From Chloroflexota bacterium (GTDB lineage: Bacteria > Chloroflexota > Anaerolineae > Aggregatilineales > J027): 64,000 nt of DNA. The position numbers were made by a program, and so were the translations under genes. Location: contig JABFGB010000014.1 in NCBI GenBank assembly GCA_013112715.1, forward strand, positions 16,509 through 80,508, read 5' to 3'. Positions 28,525-37,133 of the stretch are shown piece by piece; within the stretch, counting starts at the first letter, position 1, and each line of letters opens with the position of its first letter. The notes under the pieces are model-generated. The model saw only the letters and a program-made list of their open reading frames with translations. It searched no databases and was not told the origin of the DNA.

Positions 28525-29484
28525 TTAGGCAAATTCAGCAAAGTGGGTGCTCAGACGGGGGTCAATCAATCGCTGGCCTAATCGGGCAAGTCCATTAGCC
28601 AACAAATAGACCATTGCCGCCAATAACGCTAATGCTTGCACCATCGGGTAATCGCGGTCAAGCACCGATTGAAAGAGTAGGCTACCCAACCCACGCCGTA
28701 CAAATAGCCCCTCAATGATCACCGTCCCTCCCAATAAAAATCCGGTTTGTAGGGCCACCACGCGCAGCACAGGCAGCAGGGCTACCCGCAGTGCATGATC
28801 GAGCAAATCAATCGGCGGCAGTCCTTTGGCGCGTGCCGTTAGCATAAATGGCTGCTGAAAAGCATCGGTCAGGCTGGCACTCAGCACCCGTGCCACCGCC
28901 CCGGATGTGTGAAACCCCAATACCAGCGCGGGCAAAATCAAATGGCGCGGCGTATCCGACCCCACCGAGGGCAGGAGGTCTAGCTCAAGGCTGAAAATAA
29001 ACACCACCACAATCGCCGTGATGTAAATCGGTACGGATTGGGAAAAGGCGATCATCCCTCGGCATAAAAAACGCAGAGGGGTCGGACTCGTCTCGATGCT
29101 GGCAATCCCCAACACGCCTCCTGTCAGCACCATCACCGCAAACGCTGCCATACCAAGCGCGAAGGTCGGGCCGATGCGGTCTTGGATGATATGCGTTACC
29201 GCGTCTCGATAGCGCAGGGATTGACCCAAGTCGCCGTGCAAAATATCCGTGATATAGCTGAGATATTGTTGAGATAGGGGGTCATTTAAGCCCAGTCTCT
29301 CTTTTTCAGCCTCAACTTGGGTGTTGGATGCCCCGGCAGGCAGCAACTCAGCCGAAATTGCATCTCCCGGTAGCACCCGCACCGCCACAAAAACGAGTGT
29401 CACCGCCGTCCACATGACCAGCACCCCTCGCAATAAACCAAGCACCGAGAGTTGGACAATCGTCAGCAGACGGCCTTTGGTCAT
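28525..29484 (-). CDS. Peptide ABC transporter permease (DppB/OppB-like)
   Basis: VRVLPGD N-terminal motif, ARAKGL EAA-loop region, six TMs. Confidence 0.85.
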   Translation of the reverse strand: MTKGRLLTIVQLSVLGLLRGVLVMWTAVTLVFVAVRVLPGDAISAELLPAGASNTQVEAEKERLGLNDPLSQQYLSYITDILHGDLGQSLRYRDAVTHIIQDRIGPTFALGMAAFAVMVLTGGVLGIASIETSPTPLRFLCRGMIAFSQSVPIYITAIVVVFIFSLELDLLPSVGSDTPRHLILPALVLGFHTSGAVARVLSASLTDAFQQPFMLTARAKGLPPIDLLDHALRVALLPVLRVVALQTGFLLGGTVIIEGLFVRRGLGSLLFQSVLDRDYPMVQALALLAAMVYLLANGLARLGQRLIDPRLSTHFAEFA

Positions 29485-29490
29485 AGCAGA

Positions 29491-31161
29491 TTATTCGGCC
29501 TTTACCTGCAGATTATTCAGCAAGGGCCACCACCCCTGCGCTGTAAAAATCAACCCTTCTAATCGCGCTGACCAGCCAATCAAATTGACATAATCGCGGA
29601 TGGGCAAGATAAGAGCTTGATCCATAATGCGCTGTTGAATCTGGTTATAGAGCGTCACGCGCGTGGTTTCATCTACCGATAGGGCCTGCGTTAGCCATCC
29701 ATCCAATTCCGCATCCACATAATGCGTATAATTGGTCGGACTAGTGGAGAGATAGGCTGGGTTAAGGATATTGGGGTCAAGCCCAAAATCTTCAAAACTC
29801 AAGAGGTCATAGTCACCACTGGTTGCGACTTCTTGCAGGGCTGTGAACCCTGCGACCTGATTAATTTCCACCTCGATACCGATTTCACGCCATTGACTTT
29901 GAATTAAGGTGGTTACCTCTGGCAAGAAGCCCCAATTGCCAATGGCGATTTTTAACTTCACGGGCTGTGTATTGAATTCAAGAATGCCGTCGTCGTCCGA
30001 ATCCACAAGGCCGATTTGTCCAAATAATTCACGGGTGCGCTGCAAATTATTGGGGTACATTTCCGCAACTGCCGGATTGTAATAGGGCGACGCAGCGGCT
30101 AATGGGCCATAGGCAACAGGTGAAAGATCGCGGAAGAACACAGTATCTACAATGGCAGCACGGTTGGTGGCATGGAGCAGGGCCTGTCGAAAGCGTTGGT
30201 CATTCACCAGTGGGCGAGACGTATTGAAATAAAATTGGAGGGGTTGACCGGGGATGGCCTGTTCAAAAATTTGGATTTCTTGGTCACTTAGTAGGGCTTC
30301 GGCGTCAGTGGGGGGCAGTTCACCAACAATATCCACGTCCCCAGCTTCGAGGGCAATGCGGCGGCTGGCAGGGTCTTTGTCAAAAAATCGGAATTCAATC
30401 CGTTCAATCGAACGGTCTGATTGCGGCGCATAGAAAATCGGCCCCCATGTATAATCCTTGTTCCGCTCCAAAACAATCCGATCTCCCGGAATGACCTCAA
30501 CCAATTTATACGGCCCTGTCCCTACCTGATGCCATTGGTAGGTATCCACTGACCAGTTGGCAAGCGCGGTTGGGCTGGCGATACCCCAATAGGGCTGACT
30601 CAGGGCATCTAGCAGCGGGGTGTAGGGAGTAGTCAACAATACTTGGAATGTGTAGTTGTCTACAATTTTATAGCCATTGTAGAACGGCCCGATCAAATCC
30701 AGCGCTTTGCCGGGGCGCCAATCGGGATACTGCTGATTAGTGATACGGTCAAAGGTCACACCTACCGCATTGGCATCAAAGACTGTGCCATCGTGAAATG
30801 TGACGTTCTGCCGCAAATAAAAGGTATACGTCAGTGCATCGGGGCTGATTTCCCAACGTTCTGCCAAACCTTCCACAAATTCACGGGTTTGGGGGTGGCG
30901 ATAAATAAGGGTGTCATAGACGCTGTAGAGTGGAATACCCAATTCCGCCGAGCGATTGTAATGCGGATCAATGCCACTGGGGTTTAGGGTTAACCCATAG
31001 ATAAGGGTATTGCCGCCACTAGTGGTTTTTTCTTCTTCCGAGATTAACGTGCTGATGACTGCCAGCAGACACGCGACGAGGGCTAAGGTCAACACCGCCA
31101 ATACGGGCAGCCAGACCCCCCAACGAATTCTACGCTTACGTCGTACTTCCAAGACACTCAT
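29491..31161 (-). CDS. Peptide/nickel ABC substrate-binding protein (family 5)
   Basis: N-terminal anchor, then the family-5 pattern (LTLNPSGIDPH..., FHDGTVFDANAV, GTGPYKLVE). Confidence 0.85.
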   Translation of the reverse strand: MSVLEVRRKRRIRWGVWLPVLAVLTLALVACLLAVISTLISEEEKTTSGGNTLIYGLTLNPSGIDPHYNRSAELGIPLYSVYDTLIYRHPQTREFVEGLAERWEISPDALTYTFYLRQNVTFHDGTVFDANAVGVTFDRITNQQYPDWRPGKALDLIGPFYNGYKIVDNYTFQVLLTTPYTPLLDALSQPYWGIASPTALANWSVDTYQWHQVGTGPYKLVEVIPGDRIVLERNKDYTWGPIFYAPQSDRSIERIEFRFFDKDPASRRIALEAGDVDIVGELPPTDAEALLSDQEIQIFEQAIPGQPLQFYFNTSRPLVNDQRFRQALLHATNRAAIVDTVFFRDLSPVAYGPLAAASPYYNPAVAEMYPNNLQRTRELFGQIGLVDSDDDGILEFNTQPVKLKIAIGNWGFLPEVTTLIQSQWREIGIEVEINQVAGFTALQEVATSGDYDLLSFEDFGLDPNILNPAYLSTSPTNYTHYVDAELDGWLTQALSVDETTRVTLYNQIQQRIMDQALILPIRDYVNLIGWSARLEGLIFTAQGWWPLLNNLQVKAE

Positions 31162-31394
31162 TTCCTAGTTTAATATCCCTTCCTGTTGTTGTGTTGGAAT
31201 ATACCAATAGGGGACATGGCTCAAGAATTGTTAAAATGTGCCGCTGAAGTATAGCGCAAACAGGGTAGCGCTTTTCAAGGGGTAAGTTGTGTGAACTGCC
31301 ATAACGAATGAATTTGACATGAGGGGCAGTCCTGCTTAAACTCATCCATGCTTAGAACCATGAGTTTCAAACTGAAACTGAGGAGAATTTGAAC

Positions 31395-32582
31395 ATGCGT
31401 TACGGAAAGAAATTTTTGATCTTGCTAACGGTTGCCTTGCTGCTGGTGATGGCTTTACCAGTTGCTGCGACTTCCCAACCGACTACGGAACGTGCTACCC
31501 GTTCACAGGTAGAAGGCCAGACCATCAAGGTTGGGACGAATGCCGAATATCCACCTTTTGAGTCGGTAGATGAAGAAGACAACATTATCGGCTTTGACGT
31601 TGAATTGATGGATGCCATTGCCGCCGATGCTGGTTTTGAAATTGAATGGATCAATACCAAATGGGACGGCATTTTCACGGCACTTGCCAGCGGCGAATTT
31701 GATGCGGTCATCTCGGCTGCTACCATTACCCCCGAACGTGAAGAAGAGGTAGACTTTTCCAATCCCTATTTCCTCGCAGGTCAAATCATTTCCGTGCGTG
31801 CTGCTGATGCCGAAAACGTAGCTACTCCCGATGATCTGGCAGGTCTGCGCGTCGGTGTACAAACCGGAACAACGGGTGATACCTTTGCTACCGAAATCCC
31901 CGGCGTTGAAGTCGTGCGTTTTGACGAAGCGACCTTGGCCTTCCAAGCGTTGGGCAATGAAGAAATTGATGCGGTGATCGTAGATGCTCCCACCTCCGCC
32001 GACATTATTGCCAACAATCCTGATCTAAACTTGACAACCGTTGGCGAAACCCTGACGGATGAATTCTACGGCATTGCCATTCGCCCCGATTTTCCCGAAC
32101 TGCTGGATGCGGTCAATGCTTCTTTGGTGAATGTCATCGCCGATGGCACCTATGCCGCCATCTTTGAAAGTTATTTTGGCACTCTGCCCAGCGAAGACTT
32201 CCAAGAGGGTGGGACGGGTGTAGTGCTGCTCGATACTACTGACCCAGCCTCAGTGATCAATTATGTTTTGACAGCTACCTTCGCAGGTGACGCCGAAGCC
32301 ATTGCTGAGGTTGCCTGTGCCGATGGTGAACTGCCAACCACTGAGGAATTGGCCCAATTTTTGGGTCTGACCGTTGACCTGTCTGGCCTTGAATACACGG
32401 TCACGATTGATGGGGAGACTGCTGAAGTGGTTGTTGGGGGTACACTCTTGCTCGAAGGGGCTGAAGTCGCTGCTAGTGACATCTTCCCTGAACCCGCGCA
32501 TCTTGTGCTGGAAGGCGAAGACTGGCTCTTCTGTGAAGCTACTGCCGACGCTGAACCCGACGCGACAGAAGAGGCCAACTAG
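31395..32582 (+). CDS. Amino-acid ABC substrate-binding protein (family 3) with a roughly 130-aa acidic C-terminal extension
   Basis: IKVGTNAEYPPFES, GFDVELMDAIA, KWDGIFTALASGEFDAVISAATITPER. The extra tail from about 32181 is rich in E/D/A/T and has two Cys. Confidence 0.85.
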   Translation: MRYGKKFLILLTVALLLVMALPVAATSQPTTERATRSQVEGQTIKVGTNAEYPPFESVDEEDNIIGFDVELMDAIAADAGFEIEWINTKWDGIFTALASGEFDAVISAATITPEREEEVDFSNPYFLAGQIISVRAADAENVATPDDLAGLRVGVQTGTTGDTFATEIPGVEVVRFDEATLAFQALGNEEIDAVIVDAPTSADIIANNPDLNLTTVGETLTDEFYGIAIRPDFPELLDAVNASLVNVIADGTYAAIFESYFGTLPSEDFQEGGTGVVLLDTTDPASVINYVLTATFAGDAEAIAEVACADGELPTTEELAQFLGLTVDLSGLEYTVTIDGETAEVVVGGTLLLEGAEVAASDIFPEPAHLVLEGEDWLFCEATADAEPDATEEAN

Positions 32583-32626
32583 GATTAGTCGCTAGTTGGA
32601 TAGAGTTTCAATAAACAGTTTTACCG

Positions 32627-32652
32627 GGCGGGTGAACAACCCGCCTATTGTT
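32627..32652 (+). terminator. Hairpin between the SBP and permease genes (possible partial terminator or attenuator)
   Basis: GGCGGGT (32627-32633) pairs with ACCCGCC (32639-32645), followed by tattgttt. Confidence 0.4.
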
Positions 32653-32681
32653 TACTTAATAAATTTCTGAAGGAAAGAAAG

Positions 32682-34715
32682 ATGGGTCAATCCACGAAAG
32701 CAAATGTGCCGCCACCCGTCCCTGAGTTAGTTCAAGAACCTCCGACGGTTCCCGATTTGCTGCTTGGTATGGCTCGCCGAGTTCCATGGTGGGCTGTGTT
32801 GCTGTTCCTGCTTATTTTTTGGGTCGGCATTGATATGCTGAATGACCAAAATGATCGGGATATTTTGGACTGGTTAGCAGATCGCCCTGAAGTTAACACG
32901 GATGAACTCTATGATGTTGTTTACGAGGTCAAGACGGAAGTTCTACTGGTCAGCGAAATGGTACGGGTACGCGGGTTGGACAACACTACCGTAACTGTCC
33001 CGATTCAACAGGTTGTTTCACAAGAAGACGGCGTAATCAATTGCCCTGAAGATGCAGTGGAAGGATGCCTCAGCCAACGCGGAGTGGTGGTCACCTATCA
33101 AGATTTTGAAAACGCCAACCGTGAATCACCGGAGGGGACGGTGGAAACGAAAGGCTTACGCACCGGGGTGGTGGGGCCGCTTGTTCGGGTGACTTTGGCA
33201 GATGGCGTACAGACCGTTGTCGCACCGAATGACATTTTGAGCGAAGAAGAGGGGGTGTTGGCTTGTGATGCGATCGCTGCACCAGACTGTGAATCACTCA
33301 GCGGCCAAATTATCACGTTTAATCGCCCCTATACCCTACGTCAGGGGATTCGGGTGCGGGCCGATGCGCGGATTCGGCATTTAGAGGATGGCTATGAAAT
33401 CACCATACGCCCCAATCGTATCCTGTCGCGCCGCGAAGGAACTTTGGAGTGCCCTCCCAATGCCGCACCTGATTGCGTGCCGATCCCAGTCACTTACGTG
33501 GTTTACCCTGAAAAGATCATTGGGACAGAACTGCGTGGCGATGATGATAAAGAAGTTCAAGTGCGGACGGTTGAGCAGCAGACAGTGCAGATTTCGCGCA
33601 GTCGTATCATCAATATGGAAGTTGGTACGGTGACATGTGACCGCTCCGAAGACCCGCGCTGCCAAGATTATGAAGGAACAATTGTCTCTGTCAGTGGCGA
33701 AACTTTTTCAGGCCGACTCAGCACCGAATCTGCCAGCCAATATGACATCATTTTGGAGGGTGATGCCGAGGCCACCGAATTTGAGCGCCGCGACATCAAA
33801 GAAGAAATACGCAACCCCGATGGCTGCACGGCGACGGACGCGATTGCCTGTGAAGTGACCATCACGATGAATGACAGTACAGTGGCGGGACGCATTATCG
33901 CGGATAACAACAGCGGGATCACGATTGAAACCGTACCGGAGAAAATCGTTACGCTACGTAAAAGTGATATTTATTCGACCACTGCCCGTACTTATAAGAC
34001 CTGCGCTCTCAATAATCCACGCGGCTGTAATGCCGGGATTTGGTTGACTATTATTGTCACGCTGTCGGCGTTTGGTTTGGCCTTATTGATTGGCTTGTTG
34101 ATGGGCCTGTTCCGTGTTTCTTCGAATCCTATTTTCTATCATCTCTCGACGTTCTATGTCGAATTGGTGCGTGGTGTACCGTTGTTGGTGATTTTGCTCT
34201 ACTTTGCGTTTGTGGTTAGCCCGCAAATGCGTGATGCGACAGGTGTTGTCGGGGAAATTACCCATCCGATTTATGATACCTTGACCAAGATTGAAGTACA
34301 GGTGTTGGGCAACGAGTCATTCCTTGCCGAAGCCGTGATTGGCCTAGCGGTAGGCTATGGGGCGTTTCTTGCCGAAGTGTTCCGCGCCGGGATTCAATCC
34401 GTCTCGAAAGGTCAAACTGAGGCGGCCCGCAGTTTGGGTATGTCCTATTTCCAATCCATGCGGTATGTTATTTTGCCCCAAGCGATTCGGACTGTGCTGC
34501 CGCCACTGGGCAATGACTTCATTGCAATGCTCAAGGACTCGTCGCTGATTGCAATTTTGGCCTTACCAGAATTGTTGCAGCAGGGGCGTCTCTATAGTAC
34601 ACGCACGTTCCAAGCGATTCCGGCCTATAATGCCGTCGCCATTTTCTACATTGTGATGACGTTAAGCCTCTCGCTGATGGTGCGTGCGGTTGAACGCCGG
34701 TCCCGATTGCCCTGA
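32682..34715 (+). CDS. Amino-acid ABC permease (HisM/GlnP type) with a roughly 400-aa N-terminal ectodomain of six C-x7-C repeats
   Basis: The C-terminal roughly 225 aa is a polar amino-acid permease (EAARSLGMSYFQSMRYVILPQA). The N-terminus has one TM, then six modules that each end in (E/D)G-x-(L/I)-x-C-x7-C. Confidence 0.85.
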   Translation: MGQSTKANVPPPVPELVQEPPTVPDLLLGMARRVPWWAVLLFLLIFWVGIDMLNDQNDRDILDWLADRPEVNTDELYDVVYEVKTEVLLVSEMVRVRGLDNTTVTVPIQQVVSQEDGVINCPEDAVEGCLSQRGVVVTYQDFENANRESPEGTVETKGLRTGVVGPLVRVTLADGVQTVVAPNDILSEEEGVLACDAIAAPDCESLSGQIITFNRPYTLRQGIRVRADARIRHLEDGYEITIRPNRILSRREGTLECPPNAAPDCVPIPVTYVVYPEKIIGTELRGDDDKEVQVRTVEQQTVQISRSRIINMEVGTVTCDRSEDPRCQDYEGTIVSVSGETFSGRLSTESASQYDIILEGDAEATEFERRDIKEEIRNPDGCTATDAIACEVTITMNDSTVAGRIIADNNSGITIETVPEKIVTLRKSDIYSTTARTYKTCALNNPRGCNAGIWLTIIVTLSAFGLALLIGLLMGLFRVSSNPIFYHLSTFYVELVRGVPLLVILLYFAFVVSPQMRDATGVVGEITHPIYDTLTKIEVQVLGNESFLAEAVIGLAVGYGAFLAEVFRAGIQSVSKGQTEAARSLGMSYFQSMRYVILPQAIRTVLPPLGNDFIAMLKDSSLIAILALPELLQQGRLYSTRTFQAIPAYNAVAIFYIVMTLSLSLMVRAVERRSRLP

Positions 34716-34727
34716 GGAAGGTTAGCG

Positions 34728-35501
34728 ATGACTTCACCAACCAAAAAAGATAAACAAATTGGCGATGTAATTATCCAAATTCGGAATGTACATAAGCAAT
34801 TTCGCACTCCGCGCGGGGTAGTTCATGCCCTCCGCGATGTGTCAGTAGATATTCGCACGGGTGAGGTGGTCACGATTATCGGGCCAAGCGGCTCTGGTAA
34901 AAGTACCCTTCTACGCTGCATTAATCGCCTTGAGACTTTTGATCGGGGCGATATTGTCGTGGATGGCATCCCGCTGCACGGCGCGAAAAATATCAATCGC
35001 ATCCGGGCTGAGGTCGGCATGGTGTTCCAAAGTTTTAATCTGTTTCCCCATCTCACCGTGCTGGAAAACATCATGCTGGCCCAACGAGTGGTGCGGAAAC
35101 GTGCTAACTTTGCCTCCAAAGAAAAAGCGATGGAGTTATTGGGGCGGGTGGGGATTCCTGATAAAGCCGATGTCCACCCCAGCCAACTATCTGGTGGTCA
35201 GCAGCAGCGTGTAGCGATTGCACGGGCACTGGCGATGGATCCCAAAATCATGTTGTTTGACGAACCGACCTCGGCGCTTGACCCCGAAATGATTAATGAA
35301 GTGCTAGATGTCATGATGGCCCTTGCATTCGGCGGTATGACGATGGTGGTCGTCTCGCATGAAATGGGCTTTGCGCGGGCCGCTTCTGACCGCACCATTT
35401 TTATGGATAGCGGCATGATTATCGAGGAAAACACCCCTGATAATCTATTTGATAATCCACAGCATGATCGGACTAAATTGTTCCTGAGCAAGATTCTCTA
35501 G
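34728..35501 (+). CDS. Amino-acid ABC transporter ATP-binding protein (GlnQ-like)
   Basis: Walker [10 protein letters not shown], signature LSGGQQQRV, Walker [13 protein letters not shown]. Confidence 0.93.
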   Translation: MTSPTKKDKQIGDVIIQIRNVHKQFRTPRGVVHALRDVSVDIRTGEVVTIIGPSGSGKSTLLRCINRLETFDRGDIVVDGIPLHGAKNINRIRAEVGMVFQSFNLFPHLTVLENIMLAQRVVRKRANFASKEKAMELLGRVGIPDKADVHPSQLSGGQQQRVAIARALAMDPKIMLFDEPTSALDPEMINEVLDVMMALAFGGMTMVVVSHEMGFARAASDRTIFMDSGMIIEENTPDNLFDNPQHDRTKLFLSKIL

Positions 35502-35529
35502 ATTCTTTATAAGGGTGGGAGCGAACATC

Positions 35530-37086
35530 ATGAAAAAACTTGTGATACCCCTGCTGATATTTGGTATTGTCGTGGGTAGCCATTGGTTTTTACCAGCCCA
35601 AGCACAAGGCGGCGATTGTGATCTCTCACCCGAAGATTGTGCCATTCTTGAAGCCCATGCCGCGAAAATGTTGGATACGACAACGCTGGCTATTGAAGAT
35701 TTGGCCTTCAAGGGCTTGATTGATTTGCCTGACCCTATTGAATTCTCAGCACAGGGCGACGGTATCACTCATTTTGAGGTTAAGCAGGGGACCCGGTTGC
35801 TATTTGACATCGTAGGCGAGGGGGTTGAGGAAACAACCAAACAGCAGACCCGCGATATTTTGTCTCGGCGTTTAGTGACTCTGGGATTTGCCAATGCGTC
35901 GGTACAAATTGTCCAAAATCAACTTGTCGTTGAAGTTCCTATATCCCCTTTGCCGGAATCACTTGTTTCTGATTTGACCGCACGGGGTGGTGTCCTTCTC
36001 GAATTTGTGGATTTTTCCGAGGCACCGATGGATGTGACCGATGGGGCGTGCATCTTGACCGATGTGCAAATTGCGTTTGGGTATCTCAATGGGTTATGCT
36101 CTCCTGAAAATCCCGGCATTGGCAGTGATGGTCAACCGGATGGCCCGCCGTTTCATAGTATTATGACCGGAGATGAGCTTGCCGATGCTTGGGCTGAAGC
36201 CACAAGTTTTGGGAATTGGGTCATTTCGTTTGCCTTAACCCCCGCAGGCCAACAGATTTTCGCCGATTATACGGCACAGCATATTGGTGATCGGTTGGCA
36301 ATTGTGCTTGATGGAATAGTCATTTCTGCACCTACCATTCAAAACGCTATTATTGGGGGGCAGGGGCAAATCTCCGGAGATTTCAGTGAGACACAGGCGA
36401 ACTCTTTAGCGGAACAACTACGTGATAAAGATGTGCTACCCCTCAAACTCCTCTTGAATACTACTGAAACTAGAAGCATTTTCCCAAACTTACAAATGCT
36501 CAGTCTGAACCTTACCCCATTTGTCTGTTGCACCTCGGTTTCAAGAACCGAGACCGATCTCCTCCTAGGGATTTTCTCTAGTAATCTGAGCATTTCCGGC
36601 AGCAGCACTCCGATGATGTCTATTGATTACGAGGAAAATGCGATTACTGACTTGTGGCTAAGTCTCGTTGCTGCCAATAGCAACCTCTCTCGCATCGCCA
36701 GCACCAAATCCACTGATTCAAGTGCGGTTTTTCAGAGTGAGATTCCCCTCCAAGCACTTTTTAGCAATGACTTCCTTGGTCGGCTATTGGCGGAATTTCT
36801 GATCCATCTTTTGTTCGATGAGATAGATTTTGCCGCATATGGACTGACCTACGGCAAAGTTGTGGATTTTTTGGCGACAACATTGGCAGGGTTTCCAAGT
36901 GATGACATATTACTTGTCCGGCGCTATATTTCACTCGACGACTACTCGCTGCGACGGGTGGAACTCTCAACCGACTTTGAGTTCCCGGTGAGCCTGCTTG
37001 CCGATACCCTCGGAATTCCACTTTTCGAGGATGTGAGCGAAACGTCCATAATCCATTTTGAGCTACAAGCCGATTTTGATGAATAG
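35530..37086 (+). CDS. Secreted protein with a SecD-P1-head-like domain and no membrane domain
   Basis: Signal peptide MKKLVIPLLIFGIVVGSHWFLPAQAQ. SecD-like blocks RRLVTLGFANASVQIVQNQLVVEVP, LLEFV, and LAIVLDGIVISAPTIQNAIIGGQGQISGDFSETQANSLAEQLR. No TM follows. Confidence 0.6.
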   Translation: MKKLVIPLLIFGIVVGSHWFLPAQAQGGDCDLSPEDCAILEAHAAKMLDTTTLAIEDLAFKGLIDLPDPIEFSAQGDGITHFEVKQGTRLLFDIVGEGVEETTKQQTRDILSRRLVTLGFANASVQIVQNQLVVEVPISPLPESLVSDLTARGGVLLEFVDFSEAPMDVTDGACILTDVQIAFGYLNGLCSPENPGIGSDGQPDGPPFHSIMTGDELADAWAEATSFGNWVISFALTPAGQQIFADYTAQHIGDRLAIVLDGIVISAPTIQNAIIGGQGQISGDFSETQANSLAEQLRDKDVLPLKLLLNTTETRSIFPNLQMLSLNLTPFVCCTSVSRTETDLLLGIFSSNLSISGSSTPMMSIDYEENAITDLWLSLVAANSNLSRIASTKSTDSSAVFQSEIPLQALFSNDFLGRLLAEFLIHLLFDEIDFAAYGLTYGKVVDFLATTLAGFPSDDILLVRRYISLDDYSLRRVELSTDFEFPVSLLADTLGIPLFEDVSETSIIHFELQADFDE

Positions 37087-37125
37087 AAAGAGGGGCAGGG
37101 GGTTAAAATCCTGCCCTTTTTATTT
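37087..37125. terminator. Bidirectional intrinsic terminator
   Basis: GGGCAGG (37093-37099) pairs with CCTGCCC (37110-37116), then tttttattt, with an A-rich 5' flank. Confidence 0.8.
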
Positions 37126-37133
37126 GTAGTGAG

